A stretch of DNA of 63,222 bases, counting the filler, from Stramenopiles sp. TOSAG23-2 (Eukaryota): assembly GCA_900128395.1 (NCBI GenBank). It is 2 parts of 2 records of this genome, joined end to end, with 100 filler letters (N's around TTAATTAATTAA, not from the genome) between each part and the next. Parts side by side here need not be neighbours in the genome. Positions count along the whole stretch, not along the records: positions 1 to 31,641 come from LT649369.1; 1 more part is not named here. The stretch is one strand, 5' to 3'. Shown here in pieces: positions 20,657 to 31,741 of this stretch. The number at the start of each line of letters is the position of its first letter. Position 1 is the first letter of the stretch. The translations under genes were made by a program, and so were the position numbers. The notes below the pieces were generated by a model. That model was given only the letters and a program-made list of their open reading frames with translations. It had not been told where the DNA came from and searched no databases.

Positions 20657-23600
20657 ATGAGACGCCGTGATCCGCTATTGAATCCCCGAGATTATGGCCC
20701 GGAGTCTAAATTTAGAAAACCAAATGGCAATGCTGTCTTTACAAGTTTTTTAGACGGTACGTTTACTCCACAAAGTGCTTTTGTATATAGAAGAAAAAAG
20801 ATAAGACGAAAAGATGATCCTTTGCCGGAAGTTTACACTATGTCGTCACCTTACAAAAAGCGTCGTCCTCGTCCAAAATCTGCCTCATCGTCAACAAGTA
20901 GTATGAAGAGAAGAAGAGCTAGTTTGAAAAATAGAACACCTACAGACTCTCCCTATAGTACACCAAGAGATTTAGGAAAAAGTAGAAGAGGCAGTAGGCC
21001 AAAAACCGCTCCGTTAAATAAGAATAGCAGTAGACGCGGTAGTAACAGTCAAATAAGTCCAAGAACACAAAAATCTGAATTTGCTATCCCTTCTAAAAGA
21101 GAGGAGTCCAAGGATGAGGCGATTGCACGCAGAAGGAAAGAAATTTTAATGAAAAAAAAAGAGCGTGTCCTTCACCTTCGAAGTATGAAACGAGTTAGTC
21201 GTAATCGCCCTGGTATTATAAATGATGATAATGAAGAAAAATACAGTTTGCCTGTCATGGTTGGAAATTATTCTCGTCCAGATGTTGTAAATTATCCCTC
21301 AACCAAAGAGAAAGCAACGCCTAAGCATTTTGAAAATGACGATGGTGGTGCAGAATATAATTCCCAAGCACAACAAAATGATATTGGAAAGCGAACAATA
21401 AATCGTGTCAAGACGACATTTACAATAAAAGAGTTGTTTACATCAATTATTCCAAAACGTATTCTTTATTCAGATTTACTTTATACTATACCATTGATGG
21501 AATTAGTTTTAGATCACTGGCCTATAGACGATCATTTTTTACACATGCTTGCGGCAAATAAATCTGTACATAAAAACTTGACATTACTACATATTGGATA
21601 TTGCCATCGAGTCACTGACAAAGGGTTAAAAGAATTAGATGGTTGTAGAAATATTGAATCATTTGATATTTCAGGCATACAGAATATAACAGATTATGGA
21701 GTGACGATGTTTGTAAAAACACATTCGCGTATAAAATCTTTTAATTTGTCTCATTGTCAAAGCATCACTGGCGTAGGGGTGCAAGCCTTAATCATGGGTT
21801 GTCGAAATTTAGATACTATTACTATGATTAATTGCAATGGGCTGACCGATAGTGCCATGCAAGCGATTGCTCATCATGCAAAAATTCCATATGCAGCTAA
21901 AATGAAACGAGTAAATTTAAAAGGTTGCACATCTGTTAGTGACGCTGGGATGATGCAGTTGATAACATCTTTGCGCGGGCATGTGGAATACCTAAATATA
22001 TGTGGGGCTAAAGGTACAACAGATATAGCATTATCGGCGTTGCATCACCATGGATCTGCATCGTTTAAGTCATTGCGTTATATTGATGTTTCGAATATGC
22101 GTTTAGGTGATTCAGGCTTAGAATGGATTTCAGAAGGCTGCGGACCAGGTTTGTTGCAACTTAATTTGCGAAATTGCAATTATATAAGTGACACGGGAAT
22201 TGAAACATTAGCTGGACGATGCACCAATTTAACGAATTTAAATCTATCCAAGTGCCATTTATTAACAGATCAATCTATGATTGCTCTTGCAAAATATTTG
22301 AATGGCCACAACATTGATGATACCGGGCACGATAACCATGCTGAAAATGAAAATGTTCGTTTAACTACGCTTTCAAAAGCTGTCCTGACTGGCGAAGTAA
22401 GTAGCGTCAAAGTTTTACTTGATGCTGGTGCAAATATTAATCATAAAGATGGAAATTTGAAATTTCCGTTATGGCATGCTTGCGAACTGGGTTATTTAGA
22501 CGTCGCTCTGTTTTTAGTACAACAAGGGGCAGATATCAGTCAAATTTTTAAGCCAACAGGGCAAACCTGTTTGCACATTGCAGCATTTTATGGACATATG
22601 GATATTGTTATGTTATTAGTTGGCAATGGTATAAGTATAAATAAAGAAGACAATCAAGGGCTGACCCCGCTGTCTGCTGCTGCTACAGAAGGAAAAATTG
22701 ATATTGTCAACTTTTTAAGTAAAAAAGGAGCAATTGGTGACCCCGGTCCAGGGCTTCAAGTATTGGACATAACAGACTGCAAATATATTTCGGATGAAGG
22801 CATTCAAGCAATAGCTACTTGCCAACGTTTGAACACTTTAACTATGGTTGGTGTCGAGCGACTAACAAAACGAGGTTTAAAAGCTTTGGCTTATTCTGCT
22901 TCTGGGAAATCTATGACGTCGTTAAACGTTTCTGGTCGTTATAATGTTTCAAATTCTGGGCTGAACGTTTTCTATGGGATAGCCAGTATAACAACACCAG
23001 GAGCTAGGGCTTTGTCGCATATGATACATTTAACAAAATTAAATTTATGTGGTTTACATCAAATTGGCAATGGCGCAATTAAATCTATTGCAACACATTG
23101 TAAGCATCTTGTAGACTTGAATATAAGTGGATGTGGCCATGTTGAAAACCATAGTATTGCTGTATTATCTCAAACTTGCACAGAGTTAAAAATTTTAAAT
23201 CTTTCAGGCGTTGTGAAATTAGGTGATGAAGGCTTAATCAGTATAAGTAAAGGATTGCGTTCTTTAGAATATTTAAATTTATTTCGTTGTGAAGCTATAA
23301 GCGATAATGGCTTAAAAAAACTTGCATCTTGCACCAATTTAACAGAGTTAAATATTCGTTGTTGTAAATGGATATCTGATGTTTCCGTGTGTGAATTAGC
23401 AAAAGGACTTCCCATCTTAAAATCTTTAAATGTGTCTAATAACTTAGATATAACAAATCGCTCGGTGGAATGCCTGGTCGATAACATGAATTCTCTTCAA
23501 AAGTTTGTTTGCAATGGTTGTCCTGAAATAGAGCCGCCCTGCTTGCAATACGCTGCACTTAAATTGCCATTGTTACAACTTGCTACAATGCGAACAGCTG

Positions 23601-26600
23601 GCTTCATAGGTTTGAGACCGTTAGCTAAAGGGGGTTACATGCGTACAAGAGAAGTCTTTTTAAAGAATGAAGAAAGGTACAATGACGCAGCACTTCAAAT
23701 ACAATTTCATTGGAATTTATATTGTCGTAGGCAGGCCGGAAAAGCTGAGTTAGACATGCGCAGGCTTCATTTTCGAGCTTTTGAACATAAAAATGCTCTT
23801 AAGATTCAAACCATATGGCGTATGTATCATTATGGGAAATTAGGGATTATCAAACGAAAAGAAGAATTGAAGCGGGAGCATGAGAAATTAGTAAAAGCGG
23901 TATGTATGGTTCAACGAAATTATCGCGGCCATCTTGGGTACTTTAAATTTTTAGGTAAAAAATCGCAAAGAAAACGTGAGACTATTGCTGCAATTAAAAT
24001 CCAAAAGATGTTGCGAGGGCATTTTGGTCGCTTATATGCAAAACAATATCGTGATGAATTAACCAAAGCATGTGTACGAGTTCAAAGATCATTTCGCAAT
24101 CATTCTGATCGCATACATAGGATTCTTGCTAGAGAAGCAAAATTGTACCGTAAAGAAATGGAACGGAAAGAAAGCACACTTATTCAGACACAATGGCGTC
24201 GATATTATGCTATAAAATCTGTTCAAGCCAAGCGAGCCAAGATGAATAATGCAGCTGTGACCATTCAAAAACACTATCGCTGCTACTATAAAAGAGAATG
24301 GTATAAAACTTGGAGAAAGAAGCTAATAGATGCTGTAAGACTAGTTCAAAATTGCTTTCGCTGTCATGAAGCAAGGTTTCATTTGCATATTAAGAAACAA
24401 GCCAAAAAATTTAGAGATAGCTTAGAAAAAGATGCATCTACAATTATTCAGAAATACTTAAGAAGGTTTTTTCAAAGAAATACTCTCAATTACCATCAAA
24501 GCAGGCGTAACGCGGCAAAGATGTTGCAAAAGCATTGGCGCGGAAGATTGGAAAAAAAGCGCATTCGATTTGACTATTTATATAAACGTTATAATAAACG
24601 TGAAGAGGAAAAACTAGTGAAAAAAGCAAAACAATTGTATGATGTATGGAGGGAGGAGGAAAAATCAACACCACAAGGTAGACGCATCAATATGATAATG
24701 CGAACAGGTGCTGCAATGATATTGCAAAGAACCAGACGCACAATTCTATGGAATAGGAGGCAAATGGCCATACAACGTTACAATCAATTTTGCAAAGAAT
24801 CGGATGCAGCTACTGTCATTCAAGCGGCTATGAGAATGTTTTTAGGCGTCCGACATTATCGTGAATTCGCATGGAGAGCAGATGAAGCTTCATATAATAT
24901 TTCAAGGTGGTTTAAAAGTTTAAAAATTAAATGGGCATTTCGCTTGAAACTTAAAGAAGCCCGAGCCATTGCTCGAGAAAAGCAGATACAGGAGAAAAAA
25001 CGCTTGATCCAACGATCTTGGGATAGGAGATATGACGCATTGCAACATAGAAGATGCGTTAGAAGTGCTAAGATTATCCAAAAACATTATCGAATACATG
25101 TAGACTATGAAAAGAGGATGGCAGAAGCACGCAGAAAATTAGCCGAGGAAAAAGCAGAGGAGATAAGGGTTCAGGAAGCAAGAGAGCGGGTAGCACAAGA
25201 ACGAATTGAGAGGCGGACCTTGAAAGGTAAATTAAAACGATTAAAAAATCACCTAAGCGATCCTGAGAAAGTAAAACAAACTATAAAAAAATATACAAAT
25301 CCTCATATCATATTGGATAAAGTTGGAAACGCTATAAAATATGTGGAAGAATTAAACGACGAGAAAAAAAGGTTTGAACGAGACCAAGAGGAGTTAGGTG
25401 CAATGGTCTACTCTATTCAATCGAGGCAAAAATCTATGGTATCTCAAAGTGGGTGCATTGATATACACGTAACAGTAGGTGAGACGAATATGGATAACTT
25501 CTTAGAAACGCAAAATGCTCATATGAAAGAAGGCCGTCCATACTTTGAGCGTGTTGGTATAGACCTTGGCTCAAAAGCATATAAAATGTCTCAAGGGCAA
25601 AAAGTGTCTCGGCCTAAATTTATATATTTATGGATGAAAATTGGAAAACAGAGGACGGCACATATTATAACAAACATAACGATCGTTCCTTCTCCGAAGT
25701 TGCACAATAAACATGAAGCAGAATTACGTAGATTGGATCTACGCAAGCAAGGGTTTCAAGTTATATGGCATCATAGACTAAAATTTGAACTTCATCTACG
25801 CCGTGATGGTCATAGCTTAATACGAAAAATTACTACTTGTGCGGATAAGAGAAAGAAGCAGCGATTGGTATCTAATTCCTGGGAGCAAATTGAACCTTCT
25901 TTTGATACGTTTGACGACCAATATGATGATGGTTCGAAATTATTCCTTTATCACACAATGCCGCCAAAAAATGCTAAAGCTCAAGAGGCCCAATACAAGG
26001 CCATTATGCCAGATGATGAATTGGATACGGCAAATATTTCAATGGATGCTCATAGCCGTGCACTGCTTTTAGAACAAGTTGAATATGTGGGTTATTCAGC
26101 TGATGATATAGACTATTTACGTGGTGTTTTTCATCTTATGGATGATGACGATAGCGGTACTGTCGATGTTGATGAATTTTTCAATTATATTAAGCAAAAT
26201 CGTACACCAATTTCAAATCATATATTTGAATTTCATGGCCATGAATTTGGTCATAGTGTCGAAGCAGAGGTTCTTGATTTTGGCATGTTTGTCAAGGTCA
26301 TCTCGCATTTTTGTTTATTTGACACTAATTTAATGGCTAGATTTTTTTGGAAAATAATTGACCCTGAAAACATGTTTGAGGCGGAAGCAAAGGATGTTTT
26401 GCGACTAATAAATATGTTGAGTGAACAATACCCTGGTATTATTAGTACAAATGCAATGAAATTAGCAAAATCTAGGTTGAAGTTAGAATATCCTGAAAAT
26501 ATTGTGAAATATAAAGACTTTTACGTGTTCGTAACTAAAATGCCTACGTTTTTATATCCAGTATTTAGGTTACAGCATTCGATACAAGAGAAATTTTTAG

Positions 26601-26758
26601 GACAAAAATATTGGGAAGATAAGAAAATTATGATGGAAAGAGCCAGACAGATGGTTAAAAAACAAAGAGATTCTGGAAACGATCCAAATATGAGACAAAC
26701 TAGAGCAGGGGATGATAAGAAAGTTTTTGTGGACGCAAAAAAGAAGAAGAAACGTTAA
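20657..26758 (+). CDS. Large protein with cysteine-containing (FBXL/AMN1-type) LRRs, ankyrin repeats, IQ motifs and C-terminal EF-hand
   Basis: LxxLNLxxCxxITD repeats; TGQTCLHIAAFYGHMDIVMLLV and GLTPLSAAATEGKIDIVNFL ankyrins; IQKMLRGHFGR-type IQ motifs; MDDDDSGTVDVDEF EF-hand. First ATG at 20657. Confidence 0.9.
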   Translation: MRRRDPLLNPRDYGPESKFRKPNGNAVFTSFLDGTFTPQSAFVYRRKKIRRKDDPLPEVYTMSSPYKKRRPRPKSASSSTSSMKRRRASLKNRTPTDSPYSTPRDLGKSRRGSRPKTAPLNKNSSRRGSNSQISPRTQKSEFAIPSKREESKDEAIARRRKEILMKKKERVLHLRSMKRVSRNRPGIINDDNEEKYSLPVMVGNYSRPDVVNYPSTKEKATPKHFENDDGGAEYNSQAQQNDIGKRTINRVKTTFTIKELFTSIIPKRILYSDLLYTIPLMELVLDHWPIDDHFLHMLAANKSVHKNLTLLHIGYCHRVTDKGLKELDGCRNIESFDISGIQNITDYGVTMFVKTHSRIKSFNLSHCQSITGVGVQALIMGCRNLDTITMINCNGLTDSAMQAIAHHAKIPYAAKMKRVNLKGCTSVSDAGMMQLITSLRGHVEYLNICGAKGTTDIALSALHHHGSASFKSLRYIDVSNMRLGDSGLEWISEGCGPGLLQLNLRNCNYISDTGIETLAGRCTNLTNLNLSKCHLLTDQSMIALAKYLNGHNIDDTGHDNHAENENVRLTTLSKAVLTGEVSSVKVLLDAGANINHKDGNLKFPLWHACELGYLDVALFLVQQGADISQIFKPTGQTCLHIAAFYGHMDIVMLLVGNGISINKEDNQGLTPLSAAATEGKIDIVNFLSKKGAIGDPGPGLQVLDITDCKYISDEGIQAIATCQRLNTLTMVGVERLTKRGLKALAYSASGKSMTSLNVSGRYNVSNSGLNVFYGIASITTPGARALSHMIHLTKLNLCGLHQIGNGAIKSIATHCKHLVDLNISGCGHVENHSIAVLSQTCTELKILNLSGVVKLGDEGLISISKGLRSLEYLNLFRCEAISDNGLKKLASCTNLTELNIRCCKWISDVSVCELAKGLPILKSLNVSNNLDITNRSVECLVDNMNSLQKFVCNGCPEIEPPCLQYAALKLPLLQLATMRTAGFIGLRPLAKGGYMRTREVFLKNEERYNDAALQIQFHWNLYCRRQAGKAELDMRRLHFRAFEHKNALKIQTIWRMYHYGKLGIIKRKEELKREHEKLVKAVCMVQRNYRGHLGYFKFLGKKSQRKRETIAAIKIQKMLRGHFGRLYAKQYRDELTKACVRVQRSFRNHSDRIHRILAREAKLYRKEMERKESTLIQTQWRRYYAIKSVQAKRAKMNNAAVTIQKHYRCYYKREWYKTWRKKLIDAVRLVQNCFRCHEARFHLHIKKQAKKFRDSLEKDASTIIQKYLRRFFQRNTLNYHQSRRNAAKMLQKHWRGRLEKKRIRFDYLYKRYNKREEEKLVKKAKQLYDVWREEEKSTPQGRRINMIMRTGAAMILQRTRRTILWNRRQMAIQRYNQFCKESDAATVIQAAMRMFLGVRHYREFAWRADEASYNISRWFKSLKIKWAFRLKLKEARAIAREKQIQEKKRLIQRSWDRRYDALQHRRCVRSAKIIQKHYRIHVDYEKRMAEARRKLAEEKAEEIRVQEARERVAQERIERRTLKGKLKRLKNHLSDPEKVKQTIKKYTNPHIILDKVGNAIKYVEELNDEKKRFERDQEELGAMVYSIQSRQKSMVSQSGCIDIHVTVGETNMDNFLETQNAHMKEGRPYFERVGIDLGSKAYKMSQGQKVSRPKFIYLWMKIGKQRTAHIITNITIVPSPKLHNKHEAELRRLDLRKQGFQVIWHHRLKFELHLRRDGHSLIRKITTCADKRKKQRLVSNSWEQIEPSFDTFDDQYDDGSKLFLYHTMPPKNAKAQEAQYKAIMPDDELDTANISMDAHSRALLLEQVEYVGYSADDIDYLRGVFHLMDDDDSGTVDVDEFFNYIKQNRTPISNHIFEFHGHEFGHSVEAEVLDFGMFVKVISHFCLFDTNLMARFFWKIIDPENMFEAEAKDVLRLINMLSEQYPGIISTNAMKLAKSRLKLEYPENIVKYKDFYVFVTKMPTFLYPVFRLQHSIQEKFLGQKYWEDKKIMMERARQMVKKQRDSGNDPNMRQTRAGDDKKVFVDAKKKKKR

Positions 26759-26998
26759 AAAGTACGAACTCGTACGAGTAAAAGTTTATATATAAAAAAG
26801 AAAATGTGCTGACTAACCAACAAAATATCAAGGAGCAAATACCCGAGATTCATCACTTGTCAACGTTACCAACTCGTGATAATTTTGTGCATTGCAATCA
26901 CAACCTATTGTCATCCAAGACAACGGTTGCTATGAATCCACCCCTGGGGAATTCAAAACCATCAAATTTTGGAAAACCTATGGACTGTTCACATCACT

Positions 26999-27399
26999 TT
27001 CATCGAGAGTGTTATGCTGGATTCAGACCTACTTGTGCTTATAGAGTATTAGCTTGCGGCGGCGCATGAGAGCTTTATTAATAGTAGGAGTAAATCTTTT
27101 TTCAGATTGAGAGGATTAACATATATTATTCCTGAGATTGAGTATTGAGCTTGTGCTTATAGAGTATTAGCTTGCGGCGGCGCATGAGAGCTTTATTAAT
27201 AGTAGGAGTAAATCTTTTTTCAGATTGAGAGGATTAACATATATTATTCCTGAGATTGAGTATTGAGCGGTGTAGTATTTTTCCACGGGAAGTAAAATTA
27301 TTTTTATAAAATATACTTCGTACGTCGTATGATATAATATAAATAAAATATATTACGAATTATATCATAAATAAATGATAACTTTAGATTTTAACCATC
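26999..27399 (+). repeat. Dispersed repeat family, diverged copy B, with an internal exact 118-bp tandem duplication (27033-27150 / 27151-27268)
   Basis: ACCTACTTGTGCTTATAGAGTATTAGCTTGC, GAGATTGAGTATTGAGC, CACGGGAAGTAAAATT and TTTAGATTTTAACCATC blocks match copies A, C and D. Confidence 0.85.
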
Positions 27400-27502
27400 A
27401 TTTTTACGCCGTATAAAAAAGAAAATAAAATCTCTCACGCACGTTAATGTACAGTTATACTAGAGATAATTTTTCGTATTTGGTGTAATACTACGATATA
27501 AT

Positions 27503-28441
27503 TTATGGATTCATAATATATCCAGGTACGCTATCTCCATGTACAATTACTAAATTATTGCTAAACGATTTGATTTTTATATATTCTAAGAATTCAGGGG
27601 TTAATTTCTTTAAATTTGATTCAGCTTCTTTTTCAATTTTATATTGAAGTGAATCTGCTTTTTGTTTTTCCCGAGCTACATGCATTTTATCTGCAATCAT
27701 TTCGATTTCCACTTGTTTCTTTGCTTCATCTTCTTGTTGTTTCATATTTACTTTTGCAACATCAAATTCTTTCATAGCTTTTTGTATTTTAACAGCACCA
27801 TCATTTTCAACTTTTTTCAATATAGTACGGCGTTGTTGTTTTCGTATAAGCTGTTGTGTTTGTTGATTGGAAATTTCTGAATAATGTGCCATTAATTTAT
27901 CACTTATTATCGGTTTGGTGACACGTATAGATATCAACTCAATGCCAGGCGCCCAAATATTCAGAACTTTTCGGAGTTGAACTAATAAATTCTCATCTAT
28001 TTGATCGAATTTTGATATATAAATATCTTGCAAGGACGACGTTGAGCAAAATTGATTGATTTCATGATGCAACCTATCGACAATCCAAGTTTGTGCATAG
28101 GAAATAGAATAGTTGGCAACAGTTTCAATAACTTTCGGTCTTTTCAGTCGATGGACAACTTCAATCAGTTCAAAATAAATAGTAACACCGCCATTTGTGC
28201 CACAAGGAATATCTTTAACTCGCTCTGTTAAAAATGATAAAGATATTTGCTCAACACTATCAACATATGGTATTTTGACACCGAAACCGGGGTTCAATAA
28301 AGTTTCTTGTAATTTTCCAGCACGATAAACTATACCGACTTTTCCTGATTCTATTTGAATGATTGATTTTGGTATTGATAATATTGCACTAATAGCAATA
28401 AAAGCTATGATTCCTTGAACAATTATTGTTGGTAATGCCAT
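27503..28441 (-). CDS. ERLIN: Erlin-like SPFH/band 7 domain protein
   Basis: N-terminal TM, VKDIPCGTNGGVTIYF, HHEINQFCS..SLQDIYISKFDQIDENL, IRVTKP and AESNLKKLTPEFLEY motifs typical of erlins. Confidence 0.88.
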   Translation of the reverse strand: MALPTIIVQGIIAFIAISAILSIPKSIIQIESGKVGIVYRAGKLQETLLNPGFGVKIPYVDSVEQISLSFLTERVKDIPCGTNGGVTIYFELIEVVHRLKRPKVIETVANYSISYAQTWIVDRLHHEINQFCSTSSLQDIYISKFDQIDENLLVQLRKVLNIWAPGIELISIRVTKPIISDKLMAHYSEISNQQTQQLIRKQQRRTILKKVENDGAVKIQKAMKEFDVAKVNMKQQEDEAKKQVEIEMIADKMHVAREKQKADSLQYKIEKEAESNLKKLTPEFLEYIKIKSFSNNLVIVHGDSVPGYIMNP

Positions 28442-29036
28442 GGTTGTGTTATATGTGCTTGTATCTATTATGTATATTATTATTATACCCTATATCCTTT
28501 TGATTCTATTAACATACATATTACATATATCTTTTTTTAATTAAAAAGATATGTGTTGTATTAGATATTTTAGTATTAATATATTGTAGTAAATATATGC
28601 ACATAGGAAGAAGAACAAAAAAAAAAAAAAAAATGTTGGTTTTATTTTTTTTTTTCTTCATTCCTTCCCGTCGTCGCACCGCACCACCGTCCAAAAAAAA
28701 TATTCTTCTGTGACTTTGGCCTAGTATAGATATATATGTGCATATATAATACTTAACTACCAATTCCAGTATTATGAACCAAGGCATCGTTCCTAGCAGA
28801 TTACTATGAGTATAGCAGTATAGCATCGGTGTAAAAAGCATATTTATATGATATAATGATGTATTATTATTATTATTATAGATATGGAGGGAAATGCTAA
28901 AAGGAAGGAATTTATAATAAAAATTGATATAATAATTAGAATAATACCAAGTAAAATATATTGTATACATATATTTACAATAGTTTCAACGATAATAACG
29001 GATTACATAAACATCTAATATCGTTGAATTGTTATT

Positions 29037-30098
29037 ATGAAGAAAAAACGTAGACGATGTAAAGAAACGAAACATTATAGACGCGTAGTAAGAAATAGGG
29101 TACAAGAAATATTTGGCCGATATGATAAATTATGTAATAATAATAAGAAGAAATTTAATCAAAAAACTGCATTGAACGTAGTTGAAAACCAAACACGACA
29201 AACTACATTAGTAAATAAGTGTACTATGGAACAATTAGTAATGAAACCTCCCGATCAACCTACGCCATCTCCATCGTCGTCCATCCATAAATTAAAAGAT
29301 ATGATAACATCACCTAATAACGGTCTTAATAATAATGTCAACCTCTCTCCAATACTTTCTTCAAATAATTCCTCCTCCATACAAATAATGAATGTTGATG
29401 GAAGTTTAAGTTATAACCAATCACATTTTATGTATGAAAGTTCGGGGATTATGTCTGATATCGATGGTAGTCAATCTCGCCCATTAATCGTTTCGCCATG
29501 CAAAGATGGTGTTACTACTCTTGGCCATGCTAGGAGAGCTCCCAAAACGACATTGCAATTATCATCCTTTGAATCATCATCATCATCCCTTGAAGAAGCG
29601 GAGGAAGATTTGGAATTATTCGTAAAAGAAAATGAAATGATAAAACAACAATTCTTCGACAATATTAAAAAAAGAATATCGTCATTGATGAAAGAAGGTA
29701 GCAGTCATACAAATGTAAATGCATTCATTGAAAAGTATTGCCAGTACGATAGCAATAAATTTAATACTAGTGTAAACATATTGATTGAACGTTTAAAAGC
29801 ATTGGCTTTGTATTTTTCAACAGATCCATCCTCACAATATACAGCGTGGCGAACTTGCAGTGCTTTAAAAGACATTATAACATTATCTAAAGAGGAAGGT
29901 CATAATATACAGCCAAAATACTATTGGAAACATCGATCATTAAATTTTTGTCGACATTATTTAAAAATTGAAAAAAGTAAAGGATTTCTTTTCTCTCCAT
30001 GGTTATTAGATAATGATGAAGTGGATGATACTGAAGAAGATTCATTTGATGATGCGGAAGAACAAGCATTTGCCGAATCAATACCATTTTCATTGTGA
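29037..30098 (+). CDS. Hypothetical protein (353 aa)
   Basis: Long ATG-initiated ORF with Ser-rich and acidic tracts; no family recognised. Confidence 0.65.
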   Translation: MKKKRRRCKETKHYRRVVRNRVQEIFGRYDKLCNNNKKKFNQKTALNVVENQTRQTTLVNKCTMEQLVMKPPDQPTPSPSSSIHKLKDMITSPNNGLNNNVNLSPILSSNNSSSIQIMNVDGSLSYNQSHFMYESSGIMSDIDGSQSRPLIVSPCKDGVTTLGHARRAPKTTLQLSSFESSSSSLEEAEEDLELFVKENEMIKQQFFDNIKKRISSLMKEGSSHTNVNAFIEKYCQYDSNKFNTSVNILIERLKALALYFSTDPSSQYTAWRTCSALKDIITLSKEEGHNIQPKYYWKHRSLNFCRHYLKIEKSKGFLFSPWLLDNDEVDDTEEDSFDDAEEQAFAESIPFSL

Positions 30099-30355
30099 AT
30101 TAAGATAGTATGGTATCATATGACCCATAAGATATTGATATGATTAGAGATATGCATATCATATTTAAATCTTACTCGTAATATATGATTACAAATTATA
30201 TGGGGACTATTATATATTATATATATTAACTACCAAAAGAGATTCTTAAATCATATAGAAAAATGAGTCAAAAGTTATTACATATATATATATGATGTGA
30301 GTATTGCATGTATACGGGAATGTATTTTTATATGAAATTTATTTTTTTTATATTT

Positions 30356-30560
30356 TCCAGCGCGTTCAACGAGAGCGCACGGAAGGATAGAAACCTACTC
30401 ATGCTTGTAGAGTAATTTAGTTTGCAGAGGTGCATTAGAGCTTTACTATTAATAGTACTCGTAGGATAGAATATTATTCTTGCGATTGAGTATTGAGCAT
30501 ATGGCCATATTACTTAGCACGGGAAGTAAAATTATTATAACTTAGATTTTTAACACCATC
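30356..30560 (+). repeat. Dispersed repeat family, copy C
   Basis: Same left boundary (TCCAGCGCGTTCAACGAGAGCGCA) and nearly the same right boundary (AGATTTTTAACACCATC) as copy A. Confidence 0.9.
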
Positions 30561-30608
30561 ATTTTTTAATAAAAATACGACGGTACGAAGTTCGTAATAT
30601 TTTATTAT

Positions 30609-31640
30609 TTAATATTCAGTTACAATACCACCTTTCATAGAATAAAAACTAGACAAACGATCCTCAACAACTTTCGAGCCACTTTCAAAGTACTCATCTT
30701 TTGTCGTCATTAATGATGAATTTACAAAGGAGGAGGATGCGAGTACATTTCCACCCGTCCACGCAAGATGATGTCGCCCTATAGGTGCATATACCTTTGC
30801 ACCGACACTACCCCACCCATAGGAAGATGTTATTTCATTACGAAATCGTTCTAGGAAGCACGGTAACAACGTTGTTCCACCACATAATACTACATTATGC
30901 TGTAATTTTGCACGATTTTCATTTGATAATCGAGTATTTAATATTGCCTTCCAAAACAATTCTTGCAATGGAGGTATCCTTGTATAATCACTTTCATTTT
31001 GATATAAATTTGCACGTCTAGGAGACCATAATGTTCCCTCTTCTCTAGGGCTTCGAGCAACTTTATTTTCTCCAGGAAATTTCCCATAATCACCAATTAT
31101 AGAACCCGAATAACGGCGACCAGGGGAAACATGCATACGTTTTGAACCAGGTGCAAGATTTTTCATCTTTGATCCTGTAAATAATATTTCTGAAAAATTT
31201 GTTAATTCACTGCGCACAATCAATTTGGTTCCATCTGGTAATTTCATCGGGTATTCCTCCGTGCCAGAAGGTAATTTACAATCATATGCAAATAAATAAT
31301 GAAATAAACTTTTACAATCTATTGCTGGCATTTGTCGGATCATCGGTACACTTTCCTTTGCTGAGTATACTAATGATAAACGTCTATTTACAATTTTATG
31401 CCGTGCATCCCAAAGTGCTTGGCCGCCACCTTTGTGCATTGCAATTTTACCATATTTTTCCTTTGTCGATGTCCACATATGTATATTGCCAAATTCCTTC
31501 ATTATTTTTTGACCATATCCATCTTCTGAATTTGATTTGACAATCAAGTCTTTCAATGAATCCGTTAAGTCTTTCCCAGCTAATTTAACGAATTGGCTTG
31601 CTGGCTGGAAAATTTGTCCATTTAAACAGGCATCAATTGC
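30609..31640 (-). CDS. Divergent actin-family (actin-related) protein, 5' end lost in the gap
   Basis: KLAGKDLTDSL, MKLPDG, NVVLCGGTTLLPCFLERF, AWTGGNVLAS and TKDEYFESG actin-fold motifs; frame stays open to the N-run. Confidence 0.85.
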   Translation of the reverse strand, partial: AIDACLNGQIFQPASQFVKLAGKDLTDSLKDLIVKSNSEDGYGQKIMKEFGNIHMWTSTKEKYGKIAMHKGGGQALWDARHKIVNRRLSLVYSAKESVPMIRQMPAIDCKSLFHYLFAYDCKLPSGTEEYPMKLPDGTKLIVRSELTNFSEILFTGSKMKNLAPGSKRMHVSPGRRYSGSIIGDYGKFPGENKVARSPREEGTLWSPRRANLYQNESDYTRIPPLQELFWKAILNTRLSNENRAKLQHNVVLCGGTTLLPCFLERFRNEITSSYGWGSVGAKVYAPIGRHHLAWTGGNVLASSSFVNSSLMTTKDEYFESGSKVVEDRLSSFYSMKGGIVTEY

Positions 31641-31641
31641 T

Positions 31642-31741
31642 NNNNNNNNNNNNNNNNNNNNNNNNNNNNNNNNNNNNNNNNNNNNTTAATTAATTAANNN
31701 NNNNNNNNNNNNNNNNNNNNNNNNNNNNNNNNNNNNNNNNN
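31642..31741. other. Artificial contig linker (N44-TTAATTAATTAA-N44)
   Basis: N runs flank a six-frame stop cassette; the genes on both sides are truncated. Confidence 0.97.

Noticed and set aside
28521..28970. 149-aa ORF and similar Y/I-rich intergenic ORFs
   Set aside because: Translations of AT microsatellite and poly-T/poly-A tracts in promoter regions.
31642..31741. TTAATTAATTAA between N runs as a genomic motif or piggyBac site
   Set aside because: Standard six-frame-stop contig linker. It also means genes left and right of it cannot be treated as one cluster.
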